A stretch of DNA of 64,000 nucleotides from Callorhinchus milii (Eukaryota), in NCBI RefSeq assembly GCF_018977255.1, contig NW_024704742.1, positions 91,824,001 through 91,888,000 on the forward strand. Direction: 5' to 3'. The notes under the pieces are model-generated. The model had not been told where the DNA came from. It did no database searches and saw only the letters and a program-made list of their open reading frames with translations. A program made the translations under genes and the position numbers. Shown here in pieces: positions 14,181-27,754 of the stretch; within the stretch, counting starts at the first letter, position 1; the number at the start of each line of letters is the position of its first letter.

Positions 14181-14619
14181 AATAACATATAAAAAGCAGC
14201 ATTTGATATCAATATTCTGCGATTGAAATAAAGTGGAATCATCATCTCAGTTCCCTCACTCAGACAGACTTGAGTGTTTCTTTCCTGAAGCGTTTTGATC
14301 TGTGTCTGCTGTTTTTTTTACAAGGAGGGCAATGGCAATCAGAGTTCAAGTCATAGTTTGAGTGCCAGAGTTGCTTGTCGGTGCAATCTGTCAGCCGTAT
14401 GAGTTGCAGATGAGTTGCACCAGCACTGAGTTGAACTCTGGGGCTCCTCTCAGAGCTGGCTTGATTGCTATCTGTGGGCTGTGGCTGGGAAGTTTTGAGA
14501 TTTCCCATTTCTAAGGCAATTATCTATTCAAGTTTGTCATTTTATAAACAATAAAAAAAATCATTTTTTTCTTGTTTGGTCTTTGAATTTCCAATCCAGT
14601 ACAATGGCAACGCTGCCCT

Positions 14620-14965
14620 CCAATGCAGCGCTGGTGGGGGCGGTGTTGCATTGTCGGAGATGCCGTCCTTCGGATGAGACATTAAACCGAAGTCCCGTCT
14701 GCCTGCTCAGGTGGACGTTCAAGATCCAATGGCACTATTCGAAAAGAGAAGGGAGTTTCTCCCGGTGTCCTGGCCAACAATTCCCAAATAAAAATAGTCA
14801 ATCTCTTCATGGTTGTTTGTTGGACATTGCTGTGTGCAAATCGGCTACCGTGTTTCGCCTTCAAAACACACAGTCAAAACCACTTTACCGTGTATCCTGT
14901 GAAGCATTTTGAGACGTCTCAACAATGTGGTAAGGGACTATATCAAAGGCAAAGATTATTACTAT
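14620..14965 (+). mobile_element. DeuSINE-type SINE (well-preserved Deu core and tail)
   Basis: GCATTGTCGGAGATGCCGTCCTTCGGATGAGACATTAAACCGAAGTCCCGTCTGCC…GGTGTCCTGGCCAA matches the Deu domain of the SacSINE1/AmnSINE1 group as recalled. Confidence 0.85.
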
Positions 14966-17333
14966 TTATTCCATTTCAAGTCGGTCTCTTATCAGGCATT
15001 GAACTGGTGATATTGACTGCAGCTACCAACTTGCAGGACTGGTACACTTCGGGAGCCATCTGCCTCTGCTTTTGGAAACGTGTGTCTGGATGTCATAGCG
15101 GCATTGATGTTTAGAACTGTATTAAACTTTAAAACCTCTGCATCAAGGTTCTCAAGAAAGAACTGTTGCAGATGAGTGCCCATAAACATTATATTTGCAA
15201 ATATGTAATTTTGAACCCTTCAAATAAAATTTCTTGTAAGGAACTGTTTGTATGGCTTTTCCGATGGCTGATAAAATCATGGCCCAGTGTCACACCGAGC
15301 CCTCAGATTAAGAAGATTCCAGGTTCATTCCTAGGTTTATTCTGAGTTAGCTGATCTCAGCTAGGGCAGCCATCGAGGATGCTAAAGTTGGCCTTGATAA
15401 TCCCTGGATTAAAAGAGAAATTAAGTACTCTTGACAGTAACCCATTCTGTGCAAACATCTGGTTGGGACTGAATTTATTTCACTTCAACCTCAATGATAT
15501 AAAGAAAGAATTAGCATTTTCTAAGCATCTTATCACACTGAAGCATTTCACAAGAAGTTGTTGTCCAGCGCAATGACTGTAATCTGTGATAGTAAGCGTT
15601 TGCACCAGCAGGGTGTCACAAACAGTTATGAAGAGAATGGACAATTTAGCTGCAGGATTGTCTGCCAGAACAGACCAATCTCCCTTTTAAATACTGCGGT
15701 GACATCTTTAACATTCACCTGAGAAACAAACAGACTTCAAGTTAGCATCTCATCTCCCCAAAAAATAATCCTTACATTTGATACAGAGACTTTTATATCA
15801 GGAGGAAATGTCAAAGCATCTCAAAAGATAGTACCTCTCACAATGCTATACTGGAATGTCAACGTAGACTTTAAACTCAAGTTCCAATGTGGGGCTTGAG
15901 CCCTAACCTTCTGACCCAGAAGCAAGAGACTGACATCAGCACATAATGAACTGTGAGCAAGACCTTAATATTTAAGAGTTGTAAGATGTTTTGAATACAA
16001 AGTTATCAGCGTTTCTACTGTGGATGGGTCTAGGCTTGTTTTGAGGTTGAACATTCACATTTTCCTTTCTGAAAGCTGACTTACCACAAGAAGCCTATCA
16101 GCTCTCTGCCTTCAAACAAGCTTATGAAATGCACTATATATATCTGTCACAATTCACCTCCTCCCCCAATGCCCCAACTCCCTCCCCAACGCCCCAGCTC
16201 CCCCCAACCCCGGTCTTTCTCCCAAAAAGAATCCATACATTCTACTTTAATCTATGACCTGGCAGTCCAGTCTTCTATTTAATTTCAAAGTTATGTGGCA
16301 GAAAAAAAGCCGCAAATTCCAAGCTGTATGGAGCACAGAGCATCTATTTGTCCCAAAATACCACCATGCTGACTACAGCAAACGCAAATTATAAGTTTAC
16401 CTAATCTTAGAATACATTACCCGTCATTTCTGGTTTCAAGTATGGCAGCAAGGGCACATTCGCAGATAACTATTTTTCTTCTTCAAAGGAAATGTTTGTG
16501 GCGTTTTAAAACCTGGAACGAGATTAGAAAAAAAAGTACAGCGATAAATAGAAGCCTCTGTGAAGCATGAAGGAAAGACTTTCAAACAATTGGATGTAAA
16601 TAACACCCGGCCACCATTGCTGGATCCTTTCAAGCTGTATCTGTTAACTCTGTCGTGCTTTAACTGCACGGAGAATGATGGCTTCCTGTGAACTGACTTC
16701 AAGACAGTAATCTCATTGAGGGTCTCAGATACCATCATAAATCATAACAGTGAAGCTTGGGAGATTCGACAAATGAACATCTTAACCCAAAATTGTGATT
16801 AAGGTGCCCATCTTTTGCCAAGCCCAGAACCAAATAGGTAACAGGATAGGGGAGAGCCAGAGGCAGAGGTTGGGATTGTGGCTTTAGCCCTATTGCATTC
16901 TTTGGTGATGATGAAGGTAAAAATTACCCAGAACCTTTAATAAAGTCCCACGTCATAAGGCTTTGAAGCGGAAGAAAATTATTTGTTTTAAAAATTAAAT
17001 TATTGGTGCCTGGTGTACATTTAGGAAATGTCAGGCTGCTGTCCTGGATTCTCCACTGTATACATGATGGGTGGTGACCGCAGTTGAGTGCAGAGCCTTT
17101 GGAACATGTTCCATGTGCTTTTGTACCTGTTATCATTCAATAGGATTGCAGCTATGTAAAGCTGTGAGTAACATGATGCCTGTGCACAGAGTCCTGAAAA
17201 GGAAAAATATAAAAGAACATGGGGATAAAGGCAAAGGATTAGTACTAAACTGACAGTTCTACAGAGAGATAGTCAGGAACAAAGAGACAAATGGTTTTCT
17301 TCTGTACTGAAACATTCCCAGGCCTCTGCTGAT

Positions 17334-17483
17334 CCTGATTACTCAGGCCACTGCCAATCTTACTCTCTCAGGTACTGCCAGCCTTACTCTCTCAGGCACT
17401 GCCAGCCTTACTCTCTCAGGTACTGCTAGTCTTATGCTCCGAGGCCACTGCCATTTTTATGCTCTCAGGCCACTGCGGCTCAG
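17334..17483. repeat. ~24-bp minisatellite (CTCTCAGGCACTGCCAGCCTTACT), about 6 degenerate units
   Basis: Tandem units visible. Confidence 0.85.
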
Positions 17484-17749
17484 GAACCATTCCTTCACCA
17501 CACATGTAGTGTTGGAGCCAGCTCAACTGTAAGAAAACCCCAATTAGCTCCACCCCATCCTCCTCAAAGGAGGAAACACCCACTGACATCTGGGTGATAC
17601 CATCAATCCTGGTTTTAAATTGAATTCTCATGCTTCTAACATTGCCCTGGCCAATCTTCATCCCTCAAATTAATTACAAGATCTATTTATTCGTTTATCT
17701 CATTAGTGTCTGTACAATACAAATTTACAATTATACAACATGTCAGGAG

Positions 17750-18150
17750 GATGTCTCAAGGTGCTTGATAATCCTGGCTTGGCACCTGAGCTGTGGGTGA
17801 GAACTGAGGGAGGTGAGGAAGGGAAAGATGATCAGAAGCATAAAGAGGTAGGTCTTGAGACAGACCTTGAATGAGGTGAGGGAGGGAACGAGTCAGGGAG
17901 ACTTTGGGATGGAGCTCCAGAGAATGAGGGCAGAAAGGCTGAAAGCTGATTCAGGGTTGGGCAGATAGTGCGGAGAATATGAAGCAGACTAGCAACTGCT
18001 GAATGAGGGGAGCAACTCAGCTGGTACAATTTGAGGAGATCACAGAGGTAGGTAGGGTGACACAGTGGAAGGATTTCAAGGTGAGAACAAGGATGGTGAA
18101 CTTGATACCCTGTGGTATGGGGAGCCAATAGAGCTGATTGGGAAAGACAC
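17750..18150 (-). mobile_element. L2 3' fragment
   Basis: Purine-rich reverse L2 3' region; the minus ORF shows PTYLCDLL..FLPSFS L2-like remnants. Confidence 0.65.
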
Positions 18151-18812
18151 ATTAGATGGTGAATTGTAGAATTTGTGATTGTACAATGTTGCTAGTGCAG
18201 ATTTGGCTGTCACCATTGGCTACTGTCACCACATTAAAAAATAACTAACTGCGTGAAGAGCTGAGAGACATTTCAGTGCTTTAACCGGACAAGGCAGTGT
18301 ATCGAATGTAAGTTATTTTAATGACTTAATTGCTCAGGCAGCCTCCAAGAAAGTCAATTTAATCTTTCTCGCCAAGTACTTAATTTCCCCTCCATATCTT
18401 TCAATTCCGATAAAATCCAATTTCATCCAAGAAATGAAGCACGCCCCGTATCTGGGAGGCTCTGCTAATTCCTATATGAGCAGGAATTAGTAATGTGATA
18501 GATGAACCTTTCCTCATTTCTGGCTTGCCTCTGTTGTTCTTCCAACAGAGGCATTCTCCTGTGCCTTATTTCTTCTTTCTGCATCTGCATCATGTTAAAA
18601 CTAAAATTCATTTCGTTGTCATCTACTCTCACTCATGCTTTCACCAGCCGTTCAAGATTATGGAACTCCTCAGTTCACTCGGTTTTCACTTTCTCCTACA
18701 ATAATAATAATATTTGCATTTGATATAACTTCTTTCATTTCAGGGTGACCTCTCTTAGCGCTTGACAGGATTTAGTGAGCAGAGAGGTCACATAGCTGGT
18801 TCCTCTACCTTA

Positions 18813-18877
18813 CCCTAACCCTAACACCTAGCCCCTAACCCCTAATCCTAAACCCTAATTGGCAGGTAGCCCTAACC
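18813..18877. repeat. Degenerate (CCCTAA)n telomere-like tract
   Basis: CCCTAACCCTAA…CCCCTAACCCCTAATCCTAAACCCTAA. Confidence 0.7.
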
Positions 18878-18884
18878 TTAATTC

Positions 18885-19243
18885 AGTCCTGTAGTGAAGT
18901 GGTTGTTGCGCTCGCCTCTTAGGCTAGAAGACCCAGGTTTGATTCCCAGGCCTTGGACGGGTTTTTCTTGCTCCACACGCCTCTGTTTGCCTAGCGGTGG
19001 GTGATGTCGTGGTTGTTGGTCGATAGGCGGGTCGTTTTCCGGGGTTAATATTCCCTTCAAATAAAAAAAATAATAATTTGGTCACTCAATCCACGACTGT
19101 TTGTGGGACACTGCTGTGCGCAATTGGCTGCTTCGCCCACAAAATATACAGTCAATTCACTTTATAGTATTTTCTGTGAAGCGCTCCGAGACGTCTCAAT
19201 GATATGATAAGGCGTTATATCAAATGCAAGGATTATTATTATT
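18885..19243 (+). mobile_element. Family A SINE, full length
   Basis: tRNA-like head and tail ATCAAATGCAAGGATTATTATT. Confidence 0.9.
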
Positions 19244-19249
19244 TTTTAC

Positions 19250-19595
19250 TGTAATATGTTGTGACTATGTTTGATGCAATTCAAACAATTAACACAGCAA
19301 TTTGTATACAGTGATGTCCCGTAAACAGCCATGAAGTGAATGATCAATTTTATCTCAGGCCACTGGGAGAAATTCCTTCCTCTTCTCAAATAGTGTCATG
19401 GGATCATGAACATCCACCTAAACAGGCAGATGGTTTAAAATTTCATCTGAAAGACAGCATGTCTGACAATGCAGCACTCCCTAGCACTGCATTGGAGTGG
19501 GAGCCAAGACTGAATTTAAAGTACTGATGTGGGGCTTGAAACCACAACCTTCTGACTCAAAAGCATGGATACTACCCCTGAACCAGACTGGCACG
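19250..19595 (-). mobile_element. DeuSINE-type SINE
   Basis: Reverse Deu core and head. Confidence 0.7.
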
Positions 19596-20944
19596 TAAAA
19601 TCAATCTACAGGCTTTTAAAACGCAAACTTCATGTCGCCTAACCACTTATTTTCTTAAATATTTCTCCACTACTCTTCCAATATTGGTGTTGTAGGATAA
19701 TCCACTAAACAAAATTAGTTATTCATTTTATGGCTATGTGCAAATTGATTGGTAAACAAAATACAGTCACTACACTTTGTAGTATATCTTGTGAAACGAT
19801 TTGAGATGTCCTCCCGATTTGAAAGACACTATATTGAATGCAAGAATTATTGATATTATTAAGTGAAGAACCTGTATTTCTTGTAACATTTTATCACATG
19901 AAACATCTGAAAGCATTTAAAAGGTAATTACTGTCAAATTATTGACAAAACACAGCAGCTATGTACACCAAGAAGATCCCACAATCACCCAGGAGGTGAA
20001 TGAACCAATTAACCTGGAGGATTATTGTCTGGGGCATCCAGAGAAGCTCCCTTCACTTTTCAGATAGTACCATGGGATCTTTAACATCCATGTGAACAGA
20101 GAGACTGAACTTCAGTTTGATATCTCATCCAAAAGACAGCAACTCTGACACTGGAGTCTCGGCCTTGGAGTTTCACCTAGGTTCTTAATTAAAGTCTTCA
20201 TAAACCTGAAATTTCACCATTTCTGAGCTGTGTTCAATTTACTATGCAGTAAATCTTTTTAAGCTGCATCTCCAAGTAGTATATCCCCAATGTACACTGT
20301 CGCTCAGTAGATTAGTCACTTTCGAATGGAGTGGCATCTGAAACATACGAGAGGTTATTTTGCACAGAATACACTTACTGTACTTGAAACTGCAAGCTTT
20401 TCTCTAACTCACATTCCATTTATCAAAGAGGAAAAGGAAAGCCTTCACACTGTTTCCCCCACACTAAGTTTAGTCTGGCAAAGACAGTGATTTGGAGACC
20501 AAATTAAAAAAAATTGGTAAGGAAAGTTTTTTTTCGGGGAAGGGGAGGGGGCAGGGAGGAATTTGGGTTACTTTCTTCTCACTGTCTGGTAACTGCTAAT
20601 CACCCATCGCAGCACATGTCTTAATTGTAAGTATTTATGAAAATCAGATGCTGGGATCTGGATTTCATTTTGTAACAGCCCAAATGATTTGATCCCACCA
20701 TTGGCATCAGATCAAATATCCAGTTAATCCGTCTTGTCTCTCAATCTTTAATAATTATTGGTTTATTGCCAAAGTCTTTATTGGAGCTGTTCCAAGAAAA
20801 TGCTTCAGGTGCTTTACATAGATCAAATACACATATAACGCAGCGCAAAGAAATTAGCCTAGACCATTTAAAAGCAGCCTTGACTCTGTTAGAGCATTTG
20901 CACCTATTCTGAACTACATTAATATTGTACATAATAGTAATGTT

Positions 20945-21315
20945 ATAATAATAATCCTTGATTTAATGTAGCATCTTATCACGTCGTTGAGACATCCCAA
21001 AAGCGCTTCACAGAATATACTGTAAAGTGAATTGACTGTATATTTTGTGGGCAAAATGTAGCAGCCAATTGTGCACAGCAGTGTCTCACAAACAGTCATG
21101 GATTGAGTAGCTTTATTTATTTATTTATTCATTTATTTATTGGAGGGATTATTACCCCTGGAAGGTGATCACCAATCAATTAACAACCAGGTTCCTTCTT
21201 ACTGCTAGGTAAACCAAGACAGTGTGGAGTAAGGAAACTTGCTTGAGGTTTCACCCTGCCTGACCCCTCTTGCTTGCGAGGTGAGTACTCTAACCATTAT
21301 GCTATGGGACTCCAC
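20945..21315 (-). mobile_element. Family A SINE, full length
   Basis: Reverse tail and head GTGGAGTCCCATAGC. Confidence 0.9.
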
Positions 21316-21769
21316 AGACCAATAATCATTGTTTGGGTGGTGCAATGAGTTTGACCTTTGATCCTTCTCGACCTGAGTTTGCATATAACCCAGAATGATG
21401 GCAGATATGTTGCAGAGGTAATTCCATAATCAACAGAATTCTATCATCATTTGGCAGCATCTGTCTCTACTGGTTGGTATAGTTACTGACCTTAGCTCTC
21501 TGTGTTTGTAATGGGTTTAACTGCAAAGGATGTTAAATGTATGTATTGGATTGTCAATCCCAACATACTGGTTTTGTCTATTGCCCTCAAGGGTGCTCTG
21601 TGAAATGACTTTAAACAGTTTCAAACAGTTCAGAGTGAATTTAGATCAACAACTTAAATCTACTCGCGACCCAACACAATTCAGCACTAAATTGGCATGC
21701 TGACAGCTCGTAGAAGTTGGTGTTGTAGTGCAAAATATGTATTGAGGCCCATCTTTCAGAGTAAATTTT

Positions 21770-21925
21770 CAAGACTGAGATGGATAGATATTTCTTGGGT
21801 AAGGGTATCAAAGGCTACGGAGCAAGGGCAGGTAATTGGATTTGAGGTACAGATCAGCTAAGATCTTATAGAATGGCGGAACAGTCTCGAGGGCCTGAAT
21901 GGGCTCCTCCTGTTCCTATGTTCCA
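21770..21925 (+). mobile_element. CR1 3' end
   Basis: GAATGGCGGAACAGTCTCGAGGGCCTGAATGGGCTCCTCCTGTTCCTATGTTCC. Confidence 0.75.
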
Positions 21926-22677
21926 AAGCTTATTCTGAGAGCGCTTCATAATGACATCAGTTGCAAAAGCAATCCATTTCCCAACAACGATAACCTTTGT
22001 GTTCATAAGGACGAAACTCAAACCCAATTATTTTTCTTAATCATTTCTTTCAACAGGATTCCTCAATAAAGAATCAGAGTGGCTCAAATGGGGATGCCTT
22101 CCTGTTGCTCTGTTTGTTTGGCTGCAGTGTTTTGCTCACAAAATGCACAATATAAGTAGGAACAAAAACAACTTGGATTTATACAGTATCCTCCATGCCG
22201 GACGGCGTCTCAGAGCGCTTGGAACGCAGGAACCCAGTTGTTAGATGATTAGCGGGTTGCTCTCTGGGGATAACAATCCCTCCTCTCACTCAATCCACAA
22301 CTATTTGTGGGACACTGCTGTGCCCAATTGGCTGCTGAGTTTTGCTCACAAAATGCACAATATTATAAAATAATATAATGCAAAATACACAATATAATAT
22401 AATATAACAAAATACACAGTCAATCCACTTTACAGTATATTGTGTGAAGTGCTTTGAGATGTCTCAAAGACATGATAAGGCACTATATCAAATGCAAGAA
22501 TTATTATTTTTACTGCGAGGTACATTTAACCCAAGGGGATACTGCTCCTACGCAATCTACTTCCAAAGCAGAGTTCCTGCAGGTTAGTCAGCATTCTAGC
22601 AGCATTCCTTATTAAGGAACCTATTAAAAACTTATTAGAAACACCACAAATTCTACCTCAATTTTGCACACCAAGAC

Positions 22678-23030
22678 CAACAACAACTTGCATTTATATA
22701 GGGCTGATCACCCGGGGTAATGTCTCGGAGCACTTAACAGAGGCAGAGCCTGACCCGGAGCAAGTGGAAAGAAGGTGGTGACCATAAGCACGGTCGAAGA
22801 GGAAGGTCTTTAGGCGTGATATGAAAAAGGTGAAGGAGGGGGCATGGCGGAAGGATTGAAGGAGAATTCCAAATTGTGGGGCGTAGTGACTGAAGGCACG
22901 CTTGCCGATAGTGGAGCGGAGGGGGACCAGTGACAAGCAGGAGGCCGGAGCCAGCTGAGCGGAGGCAGCGGGTGGTGGAGTGGGGAGTAAGGAGGTCAGA
23001 AAGGTAGGAAGGTGCCAGGAAAGTATATAA
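22678..23030 (-). mobile_element. L2 LINE 3' end
   Basis: CAACAACAACTTGCATTTATATAG tail; the minus translation contains RAFSHYAP..FISRLKTFLFDRAY (L2 ORF2 C-terminus-like). Confidence 0.85.
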
Positions 23031-26000
23031 TTCATTTGCAACTTGAACTGTAATAGTTCCCTCCAAGTTCCCCCAATATTTTCACTGAGCACCAACTGCC
23101 ATTTCTCCAACGTTTTCATGCGTGTGCGCTGCAGGTTTAGAGAAGTTCTCCAATAAAATCTTGTTCAACACGTGTGTGGGATATCCTGTGGTTTATGCTC
23201 TCTAGATTATATTTCTAATGGTCCACTTCCTCACCCCCCGCCCCCCCACCGTTAGGTGAACCTTTTCCGGTTCTGACATGTGTCCTGTTTCTTTCAATAT
23301 GTTTACATTAAAAACACAAAATTTTGAGATGAGTTTTTCAAAAATTGTTTTCCTGCTGCTTCTGGGCTGTTACAGTGCATCAAACAAAGTCCAATTGTCC
23401 GTGACCTCTCAGTCAATCTGTCTAAAATGTATCAAGTGCTAAATTGAGGTTAAAATCTTGAGAAAAACAAAAGTTAATAACTTTTGTAAAAACATAAATT
23501 AATGCGGCCGGGATATTGACAACGTGGTGACTTAATTGGTAGTGACAAGTTAAACCAGGTTTGAGTTATCAGGAGTTTATTTACGACTGACAACTCCTGC
23601 TTTGTGAAATATCTAATACTCATAAACCCTTGCATTTGATACAGCATCTTTCACATCAGGAGGTAATGTGTAGTGACTCTGTATTTTGCAGCAAACACTG
23701 TTATCAATTTGCACGCAGCAAAAAAATCTCATTAATGATATATTCCAATTGGAAGCTTTTGTTCAGCATTACACAGGTTATCTCATGTCCTATTTATATT
23801 GCAGCTCCACAAACATCCCTGTCTTCAGCAAACTTGTCACTGTTTACAGACATTTACGACACAAGCACAAGCTTGGTTTTCAGCCATCCTCTGAAGGCAG
23901 CAGCAGCCAAGACAGAGGGATCAATGCCTCTCCTTTCCACTGCCTCCAGTGGGCGCTGGGCAACATGTATTTCTTGCCGTGGGCAGATTGAGCAAAGTGA
24001 AGGGGCTATGTACACAGCACCCGCTGGGTTCATTCTATTCAAACTGACTCCACTCGATCAACACAAAAGCCACAGATACGCAAGAGCACACTTCACTAAA
24101 AACGTACTTGTAACAGTTATAAGACTAACAATCGTGCTGATCAGGTGCAGAGGGTTTCCTTAAAATGCTAAAAGCTTTGAAAAGCGTCGCAGGGAGTAAT
24201 GGTTGATGTTGAAGACAAAACTCAGTGTGCACAATGTCACCATGGTTTGGTGACCATGGAATGTCCCCATGGAAAGGTTTAAACTGGTGCATGTTAATTT
24301 GTTTATTCTGTTTTTATAACAAGGAAAATTAAAGTTGTTATCTTTGCCTTTAGGAAACATTTATTTGTTTGCTCACAAATATACAATGAAATAATGTGAA
24401 TTACATCAAAACATATCAGCGAACCACTTGGCTGTGAGATTAATGTCATGATATAAACTCTTCTGTTTCTTTCCTTCCCCCAAACAATAGAAAGCTTTCT
24501 AAGGACTTTTCATAAAATCACTTCCTCTTTAACACAAGAGTTAATAGGGAGGAGGGCAAAATGGGCTTTAAACAGTCCTTATAAAGCAGGGTGTTCTTAT
24601 TTAGGTTTCAAAGTACTTCTATGAAATTCGGTGTTATCGAGTTTTGATATGACTGCATTGAAATTCTGTTATTAGAAACTGACAGGATCCAACACTGTAG
24701 ACATTAGGATATTTCTTGTTGCCCTTTTATCTGCTTTCAGAACTTTAATGGAGTTTTAACTGGGATCAGCAAAAAGGTGAACATAATGGAGAGGGGAGGG
24801 AAGGTTACAGTAACAAGTTGGTTTCCCTATAAGAAGACTGCATTATTTTCTGTATTACATTTCGCCCATACAGTTAAGGCTATCATTTTCAAAAGAGTTG
24901 ATCAAATCCTGGTTAACTCCACCTGAACACAATACTCTAGCAGTGTGGTGCTAAAGTGCTCTTATCTCTTTTTAAACATTTCAGACCAAACATTCCCTTT
25001 TCATTTGGTAAAAAAAAATTAACAATTTAATCTGTTACTTAAAGTGATTCCCCAACGTGATGACTCCTATTCATTTGTATCTTCCTGCATTTGACTTTCT
25101 CTGCAGCCCTTTCCAATTTGAAGAGATTCTAGCAGCTCTTTATTTTCAACCTGTCACCCAAGCCATATGCGCAAACTTCTGATCACAAAGCCTTTCAAAC
25201 AGCAGCCTGAGGTTGTTTCCATTCGAGCTCTTCATTGTCGGAGTTAAAGAAAAGATCAAATATGGAAGCTCTGTTTCCCATCGCCTATTGTCAACATCAA
25301 TAGAAGAAGCGATCACTTCACTGAAAATACCGCACAACCAATTGAATGGAACTAGGAGTAGTAATGTATTGATGGAGCATGCAGAGAAATAACATTGCCA
25401 TCTTTTATTTCCATATCGTAACATTTTTTTTCGGTTGTCTTATTAAAAAAAAACGCTGGTAGCCACAGTACTGTGACATGCACATAAATGATAGGAGATT
25501 TTAAGAGAGTTGTTTGACATCTATGTTTGTACAGTGCCAGCCAGTGCCATCAGGTGACCTTACTGTTCACACTCACACAGGAAAGATGGGCGGTTTGGGT
25601 AAGGTGCCAGAGGGCTGCCTGCGGAACCAAATGACATCAAAGGGGTGGGGGGAGATAAAGAATCATATTCCTCTTGTAGCATGGGGGCATTAAGAAAGAA
25701 ATTGAGCAATAAATCCATCTGATTACCAAATGGAGGATAAGTCAGAATTTTCCACTGAGCAAGCTTTGCTGCGGTTCATAAGGTTTAAGTCACCAAACAG
25801 CAAAAAAACTCTGTGAAACAACGAGTGGTTAAATACTGGAGTGAGAAGAGAATAATGATATCAATAATAATAATCCTTGCATTTGATACAGCACCTTATC
25901 TCATCGTCAAAACGTTTCAAAGCACTTTGCAGGACTTTACTGTAAAGTACAGTGACGGTATTTGTAGGTGAACGCGGCAGGCAATTTGTATAGTCATGAG

Positions 26001-26520
26001 TTTATTGGTGCAGAGTGTAAAACATGGCAAGTTCAAGTAAGATTCACTAATCAATTGTTCCGATACTCTACCTGCGTGAAGGGCCCTACATAAATACAAG
26101 TTGTTGTTGTAATTAAGGAATGCAGAAGCAAGTCACTCCAACTCGCAGGGCTGCAGTCGAAATTCATCTACATTCGGAGTGGAGCTCCTGCAGGTTGGCC
26201 TGACATGCAGGATGCTCTTCTAATTAACAGAAGGAATCCCCATTCGATTTCCTTAAGTTTAAAATTATTTTGTTTTAAAAAATGTGCTTGGACAGGAAAG
26301 GGCCTGACGATGGTCTTAGGTTGAGCACGATGTACCAGGATTTCTCAGTTGCTCCACAAGCCTTTAGATCCAGAGCCAGGATATGGGGAGAGCACAACTG
26401 GGATGTGGGGGGAGGATGGCGATGAGGAGAGGTGCTGAACCAAGTCTAAGTAAGAATCAGATTGAGTGAGAGGTGAGGTAGTTGTGAGCAGAGCTGGGGC
26501 CTGCAGCTGAACCACTGTAT

Positions 26521-26884
26521 TATAATAATAATAATAATCCTTGCATTTGATATAGTGCCTTTTCATGTCTTCGAGGCGTCTCAAAGCACTTCACGGATTA
26601 TACTGCAAAGTGAATTGACTGTATTTTTTGTGGACGAAACACGGCAGCCAATTGCACACAGCAGTGTCTCACAAACAGTCTGGATTGATTTTTTTGTGTG
26701 AAGGGATTATTAGTCCAGAAAAGCAATCCACCAAACGACTAACATCCAGGTTCCTACTTAATGCTAGGTAAACAGGCGTGTGGAGTAAGGAAACTTGCCC
26801 AACGTTTTGCCTTGCCCGGCAGTCATTTCCAGGTTCTCTCGCTTGCGAGGCAAGTTCTCTAACCACTAAGCTGCAGGACTCCAC
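26521..26884 (-). mobile_element. Family A SINE, full length
   Basis: Reverse tail and head. Confidence 0.9.
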
Positions 26885-27754
26885 TGTATCTGTCTGTACA
26901 ATAGGATATTTGTTTGTCTGTTTGCTTGAAACTCACTATGCATCCAGCATGCATCAGATGCTTTTTTTCATTGTGGATGCTTTCCTATGCTCCTCTATCT
27001 ACACCCAGTGCTATTGGCTGAGTCTCCCAACTAAGTGATGGAATGCTGACTCCAGAGTTGGCCAGGAATGGATGGAGTAGAGTTCAGGGAGTGTGAATTG
27101 GAAGGAGTTTGACTTTCCCCCATACGTACTGGGGTTTATGGGGAATTCTGGCATATATCCAATGTGGAAAAAATGTCCCATTCCTAAAGATTAAACTTCC
27201 TGACCTCGTGGGCCACAGAAATAAAAGTCAACCAAATAAAAATATAAATTAGAAAGAAAAATGCTTTTGTCATTAATTCTATGGCAGTGGAATGCTTTTA
27301 CTGCATCATATTTGTTTCTATTCACTTATAAGTTTTGAAATGTGTGTGAGGCTCTCAAGATTTATTCCAATAGTTTCCGATGACTATTATTATTAATACT
27401 CTAATAATAATAATAATCTTTGCATTTCATATAATACCTCATCATGCAGAAAAGTCAATAGTTTCCAGGGGCTATGAACAATAATACACTAATAATAATA
27501 ATAATCTTTGCATTTGATATAGTGCGTCATGAAGTTGAAGTGTCTCAAAGAGAAGCATAGGAAAACTCAGCTTCACTGAGTTTTTTTGTATCTTGTGGTG
27601 ATTGTAATTCACAGTCTCTATAACATTTATGGCTTTGGCAGCCACTGTTCAAAAATGACACAACAAAAGTTCTTCAAACCTTTCTTCAAGGTAAAAAAAC
27701 AATAATTTCTTAATCAAGAAATACTGCAGAATTGAGCACGTAGAATCTTTCAAG

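Noticed and set aside
23630..24163. 177-aa ORF
   Set aside because: Begins in a SINE-tail remnant at a non-ATG start and has no recognisable domain
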